Under the pieces are notes generated by a model that made no database searches, was not told where the DNA came from, and was given only the letters and a program-made list of their open reading frames with translations. Positions 7,554 through 15,652 of a stretch of DNA of 20,187 nucleotides are shown one piece after another. Every line of letters begins with the position of its first letter. Position 1 is the first letter of the stretch. Origin of the DNA: a virus; IMG/VR virus record IMGVR_UViG_3300014348_000112, positions 80,820 through 101,006 of that record, one strand, 5' to 3'. The position numbers were made by a program, and so were the translations under genes.

Positions 7554-8671
7554 TGGCAAAGAAGACCGGCCCCAACCTCGACAGCCGCGACCCAGCCGGC
7601 GAGATCATCAAGCACCTGCTGCGGGTCCAGTCCTGGACGGGCAACAATATATCCCGCATCTTCGAGGACTGGTTGCAGCTCGTGGAGTCGGAGCTTGACA
7701 ACCTGCCGGCCCACCTGGAGAGCGCCGTCAAGAGCGGCAAGCTGGCCGAAGGCTCGCCGGAGACCCAGGCGCTGTGGCAGCGGATGCGCAGCGTCTACAA
7801 GCGGCCGGAGTGCTGGGAGCAGTTCAGCATGGCCTTTGCCATCCTGCTCGACCAGTCCGAGCGCTTCTGGCAACGCGACCCGGCGCCGACCTCCTACGGC
7901 TATGACCTGGTGGGCCGGGTCTACTCCGAGTTTTCCTACAAGCAAGGCAGCGGCCAGTATTTCACCCCCTGGCCCATTGCCGAGATGATGAGCCAAATCA
8001 CGATGGCCGGCATGGACGGCCCCGACATCACCCAGGAAGTGATCGACCGCCTGAACGCGGCCGGCCGCGCGGTGCTGGCCGACGACAGCGACCCCCTCCA
8101 GGCGCTGCTGATGGCCACCACCCTGGCCGGCCTGATGCTGGACAGCCCCAGCGTCAGCGACGAAGACCGCTTCGAGTACCTGACGACCCGGCTGCTGCCC
8201 TTGGTGGCCCACAAGTATAAGCCCATCAAGATCAGTGACCCTTCCTGCGGGTCCGGCATCATGTTCGTGGCGGCCGCGTTCCATATCCCCGCTTGGATCG
8301 TCCAGAACGGCCTGGTCCAGTTCTACGGCATGGACATCGACGCCGTTTGCGTCCGCATGGCCCGGATCAACGTCATGCTCTACGGCCTCAACGGCGCCTA
8401 CGTCAAGTCAGCCCTGGCCCTTTCCGCCGGGGAGCTGGCCGCCCTGCCCCAGCCCTACGTCGCAGCCTACGAAGCCGCCCAGGCCGCCAACGGCGCCGGC
8501 GACCAGGAGACCGTCCAGGCCCTGGCCGAGGCGGTGCGCCAGCAGCAGGCCCTGTTCGACATCGACGCCTTCCAGGCCAGCCGACCGGCCACCAGCGCCA
8601 GCAAGCGCCGGCCGGCGGCCTCACCCAAAGCGCCGGCCCTCACCGAGGCGCTGTTCGAGATCGGAGAGTAA
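7553..8671 (+). CDS. N-6 DNA methylase (HsdM-like) family protein lacking a recognisable NPPY motif
   Basis: GQYFTP, DPSCGSG (SAM-binding motif I) and FYGMDID...MARIN; no (N/D/S)PP(Y/F). Confidence 0.85.
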   Translation: MAKKTGPNLDSRDPAGEIIKHLLRVQSWTGNNISRIFEDWLQLVESELDNLPAHLESAVKSGKLAEGSPETQALWQRMRSVYKRPECWEQFSMAFAILLDQSERFWQRDPAPTSYGYDLVGRVYSEFSYKQGSGQYFTPWPIAEMMSQITMAGMDGPDITQEVIDRLNAAGRAVLADDSDPLQALLMATTLAGLMLDSPSVSDEDRFEYLTTRLLPLVAHKYKPIKISDPSCGSGIMFVAAAFHIPAWIVQNGLVQFYGMDIDAVCVRMARINVMLYGLNGAYVKSALALSAGELAALPQPYVAAYEAAQAANGAGDQETVQALAEAVRQQQALFDIDAFQASRPATSASKRRPAASPKAPALTEALFEIGE

Positions 8672-8673
8672 CC

Positions 8674-8832
8674 ATGAGCAAGGTGCAAAAGACGCCCCCT
8701 CCCGCTTGTCCACACCCGCCGGTCCGCCAGTACGCTTGGTTCGCCCGCGACGACACCGCCCCCGCCAGCCAGGTGCTCTGCACCGCCTGCTGCGACTGCG
8801 GCGCCGTCCTGGCCGGCCGCGCGACCCTGTAG
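8674..8832 (+). CDS. small Cys-rich protein (52 aa)
   Basis: GGAG RBS; CPH...CTACCDCG. Confidence 0.65.
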   Translation: MSKVQKTPPPACPHPPVRQYAWFARDDTAPASQVLCTACCDCGAVLAGRATL

Positions 8833-8838
8833 CCAGAT

Positions 8839-8867
8839 TTGACAACTTTTGCTTTTGGGTGTATAAT
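8839..8867 (+). promoter_or_regulatory. Early promoter P3
   Basis: TTGACA-17 bp-TATAAT. Confidence 0.9.
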
Positions 8868-8889
8868 ACTCTTGACGGTAAAGAGAAAC

Positions 8890-8914
8890 CAAATCCGCAA
8901 ATTTTGCGGATTTG
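8890..8914. promoter_or_regulatory. Palindrome CAAATCCGCAAA-T-TTTGCGGATTTG
   Basis: 12-bp perfect arms; matches 3145-3165. Confidence 0.7.
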
Positions 8915-8938
8915 ACCACCCAACAAGGAGATGCAACC

Positions 8939-9874
8939 ATGCCGCTGACCTACCACGACAAGCAACGAGCCGCTGTGAACGTCGGCCACGCCCTGGCCGA
9001 GCGAGGCTGGAAGCTGTGGGGCTACCACGAGGACCAGTCCGACAGCATGACTGACTACTATGCCCCCGCCTCTTGGGATGGCATCGCCACCCATACCGAC
9101 CTGGCCGGCTTTGTGGTCTGCGTCAACGTCAGCGAGTACGACGCACGTAAGTCCGGCCAACCCGACAGCAAGGGCGTGTCCGTGCCGGCTGAGACCTGCC
9201 CTCGCTGCAACGGCGACCGCATCGACCCCTCTGGCTGGACGCTGGAGCAGGCCCGCCAGAAACCCCGCGAGTGGCACCGGGCCTATGCTGAGCTGGAGGG
9301 CATGGGCGAGGGCGTGCGGGCGCTCTTCCCCGATGTGGTCTCACCGATCCCCTTCTTCGACAGCGGCGAACTCAAGTGCCGCAAGTGCCACGGCGCCGGC
9401 CACTTGACCCGCATCGAGACCGTGGCCCTGCCCACCTGGCCGACCTTCCAGGCTACGCCGCGCGGCAAGATGTGGCACGTCGAGCACGACGGCCAGATCA
9501 TCGCCTCTGGCACCGGTTTCAACCAGTGCTACCACATCACGGAGCGACAGAACAAGGCCGGCGTCGAGGCCGTGGTCAACGCCATCCTGGCCGCCATCGC
9601 CAAAGCCACTGCCGCCGCCATCGCCGAGGGCGTCGAGGAGATCAACGCCTACCTAACCGAGACCGGCAAAGAGAAGCCGGAGCCGGGCACTACGGTCTAC
9701 GAGGTGGCGCAGGAGCGAGACTGGACCTGGATCAAGTTCGCCAGCCGGCCGGCCAACAGCATCCTGGAGGCCCTGCACGACCGGCTGGACGCCCACTGGT
9801 CCAAGAAGCGCAGCGCTTGGTACATCACCCGCTCCCTGAGCGCCGCCGAGGTGGCCGCCGCCCTGAGCGCCTGA
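8939..9874 (+). CDS. multi-domain early protein with split DnaJ-type Zn finger; polyvalent-protein-like domains (311 aa)
   Basis: CAAGGAG RBS; SDSMTDYY motif, CPRCNG...CRKCHGAG, C-terminal WIKFASRP...L...WSKKRSAWY. Confidence 0.75.
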   Translation: MPLTYHDKQRAAVNVGHALAERGWKLWGYHEDQSDSMTDYYAPASWDGIATHTDLAGFVVCVNVSEYDARKSGQPDSKGVSVPAETCPRCNGDRIDPSGWTLEQARQKPREWHRAYAELEGMGEGVRALFPDVVSPIPFFDSGELKCRKCHGAGHLTRIETVALPTWPTFQATPRGKMWHVEHDGQIIASGTGFNQCYHITERQNKAGVEAVVNAILAAIAKATAAAIAEGVEEINAYLTETGKEKPEPGTTVYEVAQERDWTWIKFASRPANSILEALHDRLDAHWSKKRSAWYITRSLSAAEVAAALSA

Positions 9875-9941
9875 GACGACCTTTCCGCCGGCCGGGCCGC
9901 TCGTGAGCCTGGCCGGCAAAGCAAGCAAGGAGACCCGACCC

Positions 9942-10301
9942 ATGACACAGCGCTGGCCTGAACCAACAGAAGACGAGCACATCCCCGGCCCGTGGGAAGT
10001 GCGCCATGTCACAGTGAAATGGAACGCAATCTGCCCCGTAGGGTATGTGACGCGGATAGCCGAGCAGTACCAGGACGAAAGACTTACGCCCAGAGACCAT
10101 GCCAACGCGCGCCTGTTGGCTGCTGCGCCGGACTTGCTGGAAGCGCTAAGCGCGCTAGGAAGCGCTATCTATGCGGCTCGCACCATTAGCGCAAGTTCGG
10201 ACGGAATAGACAACGACGTGTACTACAACGGCGCCGATTTCGGCCCTGCCCTTGACATCGCTCGCGCTGCCATCGCCAAGGCCACAGGAGGCGCCGAATG
10301 A
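9942..10301 (+). CDS. conserved phage hypothetical protein (HxPGPW...ANARLxAAAPDLLEAL type, 119 aa)
   Basis: CAAGGAGACC RBS; recognisable widespread phage motif. Confidence 0.8.
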   Translation: MTQRWPEPTEDEHIPGPWEVRHVTVKWNAICPVGYVTRIAEQYQDERLTPRDHANARLLAAAPDLLEALSALGSAIYAARTISASSDGIDNDVYYNGADFGPALDIARAAIAKATGGAE

Positions 10302-10639
10302 TCCCGCCCGTGGCCATCCAACTCGATGACCTGCTCTCCCTCCAGCAGACCGGACGCGTGCCGTTCGGTATGCTGATGGCCGACTTCATCTCTGCCAACA
10401 GCCCGCTGGCCAGGGTGGACAAAGACAACTTCGACGGCAGCGCCGTGGTGGTGGATGGGCCGGCGGCCAGCGACGACGAGCACGTCGCCGGCTTGGTGGA
10501 CCTGCTGATGACCGTGCTGGGGCCGCGCAAGCTCAAGCGCCGCGTGCGCGTCTACCAGCAAGGCAGCCAGGGCGGCTGGCGCCCGATCCGCAAGATGGAA
10601 GACCTGCGCCGGCCTGAGCCGGAGGAGGTGATCGCTTAA
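10298..10639 (+). CDS. hypothetical protein (113 aa)
   Basis: AGGAGG RBS, ATGA coupling. Confidence 0.75.
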   Translation: MIPPVAIQLDDLLSLQQTGRVPFGMLMADFISANSPLARVDKDNFDGSAVVVDGPAASDDEHVAGLVDLLMTVLGPRKLKRRVRVYQQGSQGGWRPIRKMEDLRRPEPEEVIA

Positions 10640-11043
10640 TGGGCGCCCGCAAGGAACACCGCGACGCACAAGCCAGCCGGCGCTACTTCGACCGGATACT
10701 GGAAGACCACCGCCGGGCCGGCAACGCCGACCAGCGCGCGCTGAACGAGTCCCACCAGCGCCTACTGGACGGCTACGCGGCCCAGGTGGACACCTTGCAA
10801 GCCCAGGCCGATACCCTGCGCGGCGACGTGGGCCGGCTGGAGGCCGAGAAGGCCGGCCTGGCCGAAGCCCTGGAGACCGAGCGCCGGCGCGCTGACCGCA
10901 TGGCTGGCTGGGCGGCCCAAATGAAGGACAACTGGTTGGCCGAGAAGGCCAATCGCCAAGAGTTGAGCCAAATCGTCAGCCTGGCCCTGACGCCTGAGCA
11001 GTACCACAACTACCGACAGATCGTGAAGGAGACAACCCAATGA
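10639..11043 (+). CDS. coiled-coil hypothetical protein (134 aa)
   Basis: GGAGGTG RBS; heptad-like L/A/E/Q pattern. Confidence 0.75.
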   Translation: MGARKEHRDAQASRRYFDRILEDHRRAGNADQRALNESHQRLLDGYAAQVDTLQAQADTLRGDVGRLEAEKAGLAEALETERRRADRMAGWAAQMKDNWLAEKANRQELSQIVSLALTPEQYHNYRQIVKETTQ

Positions 11044-11231
11044 CCGACTTGACCGACAGCGAGAAGCGCCGCCTGGCCCTGGCCCGGCCGGCCGACCGCA
11101 GCCTGGAAGCCTACAAGGCTTGGATACAGAAGATGGTGCGCGCGATGGGCGGCCCAACTGGCGACACCACCGATGAGGAGTGGGCCGAGCTGCACGCTGA
11201 GTTCTGGGCCGGCGCGGACAAAGCTCAGTGA
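11040..11231 (+). CDS. hypothetical protein (63 aa)
   Basis: AAGGAG RBS, ATGA coupling. Confidence 0.7.
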   Translation: MTDLTDSEKRRLALARPADRSLEAYKAWIQKMVRAMGGPTGDTTDEEWAELHAEFWAGADKAQ

Positions 11232-11422
11232 CCCGCACCCGCTGCCCTGCCTGCGCCGGCAAGCTGACCCCGGTCGGCCCGCCGGCCAGGCACGGCGCCT
11301 TCCTCGACCAACTGCTCGACTGCCCGGCCTGCGGCTGGTGCAGCGTGGACTCGGAGATCGCCGACCCCGCCGCGCCGGCCCAGCCGGAGCAACTGGCCTT
11401 AAGGCTGGAAGTTGCATCTTGA
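11228..11422 (+). CDS. zinc-ribbon protein (64 aa)
   Basis: CPAC...CPACG; GTGA coupling. Confidence 0.65.
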   Translation: MTRTRCPACAGKLTPVGPPARHGAFLDQLLDCPACGWCSVDSEIADPAAPAQPEQLALRLEVAS

Positions 11423-11468
11423 CATGATTTGTTTTCGGTTGTAAACTGGTACAAACACCCAAAAGCAA
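11419..11468 (+). promoter_or_regulatory. Early promoter P4 with inverted copy of the promoter box at its start site
   Basis: TTGACA-17 bp-TAAACT (11442-11447); ACACCCAAAAGCAA at 11455-11468. Confidence 0.8.
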
Positions 11469-11482
11469 CAAGGAGACCAAGC

Positions 11483-11677
11483 ATGAGACCGCACATCCGA
11501 CCCACTGTTGAACACCTGTTGGCCAGCGTCAGAGAGAATACCCTGGCGGCTATGTACCAGGATGTGACCGACAAAGACGACATCTATTCCGACGACCTGG
11601 CCCAAGCCATCTTCGACAAGTTGGCCGAACGCGTGGGCCACGACGAAGCCAGTCGCCGGCTGGACTTGATCACGTAA
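11483..11677 (+). CDS. hypothetical protein (64 aa)
   Basis: CAAGGAGACC RBS. Confidence 0.75.
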   Translation: MRPHIRPTVEHLLASVRENTLAAMYQDVTDKDDIYSDDLAQAIFDKLAERVGHDEASRRLDLIT

Positions 11678-11689
11678 GGAGACCACACC

Positions 11690-11962
11690 ATGCCCGACAC
11701 CACCTTCGCCGTCGGTGACAAAGTGACCTGGACGCACGTCTCTCCTGGCAGAAACGTGATGAGTATGCGCCTGCGAGAAGGCACCATCACTGCCCTGGAG
11801 GGCGCCGTAGCCACGGTCCAGCCGCCATCCAAGAAGACACGCCCAATCCAGATCAACGTCGCTCGCCTGCGCCGGCCTGGCCAGCGCTCACAAATCACCG
11901 AGTTCATCGAGGCCGTCCGCACCGCCAACGCGCCGGCCCAACAGGAGACCACCAGCTTATGA
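11690..11962 (+). CDS. SH3/KOW-like small protein (90 aa)
   Basis: FAVGDKVTW...GTIT...ATV...INVARL. Confidence 0.7.
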   Translation: MPDTTFAVGDKVTWTHVSPGRNVMSMRLREGTITALEGAVATVQPPSKKTRPIQINVARLRRPGQRSQITEFIEAVRTANAPAQQETTSL

Positions 11963-12384
11963 CACCAGCGAATCCCGACCACCCGTCCTGGGGCGGCAAG
12001 CGCAAGCCCCGCCAAGGCAAGAAGATCGGCCGGCCCCGGATGCACCCGTCCGGCCTGAACCGCTTCTACATCAACCTGTCACCAGACGACCTGGCCTGGC
12101 TGGACGAGCACACCGGCGAGATGGGCACGCGCGCCAGCGTGGTGCGCCGGCTGATCGACGAGGCGCGCCAGGCTGAGGCCGACCCGACAGCCGGCCCGGT
12201 CGGCCAGATCAACCTGCTGGCAGGCGTGCTGCTGGACGAGTTCGGCGGCCCGGTCGAGGGCGACGGCGGCGCCGGCAGCATGGCCGTCCGGCTGCTGCGC
12301 GAGCAGCAAGCGGAGATCGAACGCCTGCGCCGTATGCTGACCTGGCACGAGGACGCGCCCAACCGAAAAGGTTTCGCCGCATGA
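11959..12384 (+). CDS. ribbon-helix-helix (CopG-like) DNA-binding protein with basic GRP arm (141 aa)
   Basis: WGGKRKPRQGKKIGRPR then RFYINLSPDDLAWLDE...TRASVVRRLIDE. Confidence 0.7.
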   Translation: MTPANPDHPSWGGKRKPRQGKKIGRPRMHPSGLNRFYINLSPDDLAWLDEHTGEMGTRASVVRRLIDEARQAEADPTAGPVGQINLLAGVLLDEFGGPVEGDGGAGSMAVRLLREQQAEIERLRRMLTWHEDAPNRKGFAA

Positions 12385-12875
12385 TCCACACCATCTACCC
12401 CCACATCAACGCCGCCGGCCTCCTGGTCTTCGACGCGCCTGAGCACGGCCTGATCGAGGAGCCGTTCGTCAACGGCGCCGACGCCATCATCCTGCGCGCG
12501 GTCGAGGAGGCCGGCATCCCCGACCCCGGCGCCGGCTTCGAGCTGCGCTTCAGCGCCGACCCGGACGCCGGCCTGGACTACCCCTTAGACTGGGTGGGCG
12601 GCGAGACCATCGGCGGGCTGGCCGGCAACTGGTACTACTCGCCGGACATCGCTGCCGCCGGCTGGCTTTGCCCGGCCCTGCTGTGCTACTACGAGACGCC
12701 GCCGAGGCAGCTCTACTTCCAGGTAGCGCCGCTGCCGGATCACCACAAGCAGACCGACCGGCTGCGGATCAACCGCATGACCGACGGCGAGTTCCGGGCC
12801 TACTGTGGCCGATTGGACATCGGCGGAATGCTGGAGCTGCTGGCGCGGGTGAAACCCATTAAGGCCGACCCATGA
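12381..12875 (+). CDS. DUF6717-like protein (164 aa)
   Basis: IYP...VFD..E.GL..EPFV.GAD.II...GF.L.FS...GNWYYS...GWLCPAL..Y...P pattern recalled for this family. Confidence 0.7.
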   Translation: MIHTIYPHINAAGLLVFDAPEHGLIEEPFVNGADAIILRAVEEAGIPDPGAGFELRFSADPDAGLDYPLDWVGGETIGGLAGNWYYSPDIAAAGWLCPALLCYYETPPRQLYFQVAPLPDHHKQTDRLRINRMTDGEFRAYCGRLDIGGMLELLARVKPIKADP

Positions 12876-13156
12876 CCGACAAAGCCGCCGCCCAGCAAGA
12901 ACTCGAAATGGGCGACAAATACCCCTACGACGCGCCTGACTCCTGGCACGACGCCTACCCTAACGAGCCGGCGCCGCCTGCGGTCGATTGGGCGCACCGT
13001 GCGGCGCGCGGCGTCATCAGCGACCTGACAGACCGGCGCGACATCAAGCGTGGCTTCGAGAACGTAGACGAGGGCACGCGTATAGAAATCGTTGCCGCCC
13101 TGGCCGACATTATCCGAACAGCGCACGACGCGGTTGAAATCGAGGTCATCCTGTGA
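12872..13156 (+). CDS. phage hypothetical protein (94 aa)
   Basis: ATGA coupling, typical codon usage. Confidence 0.7.
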   Translation: MTDKAAAQQELEMGDKYPYDAPDSWHDAYPNEPAPPAVDWAHRAARGVISDLTDRRDIKRGFENVDEGTRIEIVAALADIIRTAHDAVEIEVIL

Positions 13157-13377
13157 TCGTTCAACTCTCCCCCATTACCTACCAACTTTGCTGTGACTAC
13201 TGCCGCCAGCCCGTCTCATCGCGTTTCAACGACACGAAGTGGCCCACCGTGCGCGGCGGCGTAGAGTGCCCGGAATGCCTAGAACTGGTGGACGAAGCCA
13301 TCGCCAACGCCTACATCGGCGCGATGCAAGAAGCCGGCAAGACGCGTCGCCGGCAACTGGCCCAGGAGGCCCCATGA
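13153..13377 (+). CDS. zinc-finger small protein (74 aa)
   Basis: CDYC...CPEC; GAGG RBS. Confidence 0.65.
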   Translation: MIVQLSPITYQLCCDYCRQPVSSRFNDTKWPTVRGGVECPECLELVDEAIANAYIGAMQEAGKTRRRQLAQEAP

Positions 13378-13826
13378 AAAAAACACTACTGCTGATCTTG
13401 CTGCTTGCCCTGCTGGCCGGCTGCGCGCCGGCCGCGCCGACCGCCACGCCTGAGCCGCGCCTGTCAAGCTGCGAGTACCTGGAGCGCTGGACGCCCTGGT
13501 TCAAGATGATGACGGATCGCGCCGCTGCCGCCTTCGAGGACTACAGCAACGAGAACTTCAACAACGAACCGCTGGAGGCGCACATTTTCTTCCTGGAAAC
13601 GCTGCGCGACGAAGTTGAGGAGACCCAAGTCGAAGCCGCCGGCGCGGAGATGCACCGGCAAACCCTGAACGTCATCGACCTGGGCCTGACCGTCTTCGAG
13701 ACCCTGCGCGACGAGGGGCCGGCCGAGATGAGCCGGCCGCGCTTCAAAGAGCTATTCGAGCAATATACCGATGACCTTTGGGAGTTGATGCGGGTCAGCA
13801 ACGAACTGCGCAAGGGCTGCCCATGA
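13374..13826 (+). CDS. lipoprotein (150 aa)
   Basis: MKKTLLLILLLALLAG-C lipobox, PTATP linker, helical body. Confidence 0.8.
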   Translation: MKKTLLLILLLALLAGCAPAAPTATPEPRLSSCEYLERWTPWFKMMTDRAAAAFEDYSNENFNNEPLEAHIFFLETLRDEVEETQVEAAGAEMHRQTLNVIDLGLTVFETLRDEGPAEMSRPRFKELFEQYTDDLWELMRVSNELRKGCP

Positions 13827-14083
13827 TCAGCGAAAACATCTGGGGCATCCCCATCGCTCCCGGTCTGCTGGCCGCGCTCAAGCCGGGCGCCCGCCTACGC
13901 CGCACCATCGGCAGCCTGACCCCTACGCCGTACACCGAGCTATGGCACGTCCGGGCCATCGTAGACGGTGAATACATCGTTTACCGGGTCTGGAGCCGGA
14001 GCCGGCGGCGCTGGCAGTACCGCATCAAAGACCTGATCTTCTTTCACCTGTGCTGGCAAGACGGCACCCTGGAGGCCCAGTGA
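13823..14083 (+). CDS. hypothetical protein (86 aa)
   Basis: ATGA coupling; MISENIWG... Confidence 0.65.
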   Translation: MISENIWGIPIAPGLLAALKPGARLRRTIGSLTPTPYTELWHVRAIVDGEYIVYRVWSRSRRRWQYRIKDLIFFHLCWQDGTLEAQ

Positions 14084-14436
14084 GACAACCCGACGAACTC
14101 CGCACCTACCTGGCCGGCCAGCCCGACACTGAGACCGCCGCGCGCAACGCCATCGCGGTCTACCGGGAGGCCCGCCTGCACGCCAAAACCGCCGCCCAGG
14201 AGTGGGACGCCGTGGCCGACGAAGCCAAGGCCCTGCTGGGCGAGATCATCGTCGAGACTGGGCGCACGTCCTGGAAGTTCGACGAGGGCAGCGCCTACCT
14301 GCCGGCGCCGGGCGTGACGGTCGCTTACGACGCCAAGGCCCTGGACGTCCTCTGCGCCAGCGACGACGGGCTGAAGCGCCTGCTCTGGCCGCACCGCCAG
14401 GAGCGCGAGCGGGCCGGCAGTTTGACGATACGGTGA
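14080..14436 (+). CDS. hypothetical protein (118 aa), helical N-half (possibly Gam/Gp157-like)
   Basis: GGAGG RBS, GTGA coupling; fold guess is weak. Confidence 0.65.
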   Translation: MRQPDELRTYLAGQPDTETAARNAIAVYREARLHAKTAAQEWDAVADEAKALLGEIIVETGRTSWKFDEGSAYLPAPGVTVAYDAKALDVLCASDDGLKRLLWPHRQERERAGSLTIR

Positions 14437-14443
14437 GGCTCCC

Positions 14444-14689
14444 ATGACCAAGAAATACGACGAGACCTCCGACCCCCTCTCCGACCTACCCCAACACCCG
14501 CGCGGCATCATCGGCGCGATGTGCGCCAACCGGCTGCTAGGCGCCGGCTGGCAGGAGTACGATCACCCCCACCCCGCCTTTGGTACGCTGTGGATGACTC
14601 CAGGCGCCACTACCGACGCCTGCTCTCTATTTGACCTGGAGACCGCCTACAAGATCGCCTTCGACGCCTGGACCGGGCTGGAAGCCTGA
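14444..14689 (+). CDS. hypothetical protein (81 aa)
   Basis: GAGG RBS. Confidence 0.65.
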   Translation: MTKKYDETSDPLSDLPQHPRGIIGAMCANRLLGAGWQEYDHPHPAFGTLWMTPGATTDACSLFDLETAYKIAFDAWTGLEA

Positions 14690-14704
14690 CCGAGGAGACC
14701 CACC

Positions 14705-15544
14705 GTGAAACTTGCAAGCATCTTTAGGCAGGCGATAGAAAGCGCTGAAGAGTGGTATTACGACACCGGCGAGGCGGGCACGGCGAGGCGCGAAGCAGAA
14801 GCGAGGCGCAATATGGATCAGGCCAGCCGCTTGCTTAATGTTCTCGCTAAACAGCATGGACTAGGCCAATCGCCTGCTCGCGACTATGTACCCCCTTCGC
14901 CTATCCGAGACTTTTTGCCCTATGGCCGCGTGTTAGTAAGGGCAATCGAGATGCTGAACGCCCGTCCCTGTGGCCAGTGGACTGTGCAGTGGAAACCAGG
15001 CAGTATCATTGTCACCCCTCCGGCCGGCACAGAGATCGTGTATCCGTCTGATAACCTCAGCGGATACTTTGGCGATCCCAACGATGAAGACGACCTAAAC
15101 CGGAGAGCGGAGGCAATGGCAGTGGGATTGGTGAGGGGCACCAGGTTCGGGATCAACGCGGATACGAGTCGCGACACGATGCACTTCGAGCCTCTGTATT
15201 CGTCTCTCATCAAGAAGGACATCTGGGCATTGGTGAACAGCGGCGACATCATCCACATGGAGCCTGACGACCCATTTGCCATCGAGACAGTGCGCTTCGT
15301 GGTCTACTACATAGACCCACATTCGCTGTTTCTGGTCAGACAAGACGGCGAGATGCTGTCTCTGAATCTCCCGCTGGACACGGACGAGTGGCGCCCAGCA
15401 TGGAAGGAACTACCCTCTATCAGCGTCGGCTGTATCAACGACGATTGCCAGGAATACCGAACCGTCCGGTGTCCTGTCTGCAAGGCATTCATGGATGCAG
15501 ACCAGCTTCTGGCGCACACTCACTGGGAGCATGTTCGTTCTTAA
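14705..15544 (+). CDS. hypothetical protein (279 aa), visibly lower GC, C-terminal Cys/His finger
   Basis: GAGGAGACC RBS, long ORF; CINDDC...CPVC...H.H. Confidence 0.7.
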   Translation: MKLASIFRQAIESAEEWYYDTGEAGTARREAEARRNMDQASRLLNVLAKQHGLGQSPARDYVPPSPIRDFLPYGRVLVRAIEMLNARPCGQWTVQWKPGSIIVTPPAGTEIVYPSDNLSGYFGDPNDEDDLNRRAEAMAVGLVRGTRFGINADTSRDTMHFEPLYSSLIKKDIWALVNSGDIIHMEPDDPFAIETVRFVVYYIDPHSLFLVRQDGEMLSLNLPLDTDEWRPAWKELPSISVGCINDDCQEYRTVRCPVCKAFMDADQLLAHTHWEHVRS

Positions 15545-15573
15545 CCCGCCCCCCACATCCCCCAGGATCGCCC

Positions 15574-15609
15574 CACAGCCCCCGCAACACGCCGGGGCTG
15601 TGTCTTTTT
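15574..15609 (+). terminator. Intrinsic terminator ending early array
   Basis: CACAGCCCC...GGGGCTGTG followed by TCTTTTT, between convergent genes. Confidence 0.7.
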
Positions 15610-15652
15610 ACGCCCCCACCGCACACAAGCCGCCCTGGCCCGTCCTGGCGTC

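Noticed and set aside
2861-11468. Repeats as a CRISPR array or att sites
   Set aside because: Spaced kilobases apart, coincide with -35/-10 promoters, and no cas or integrase in the window
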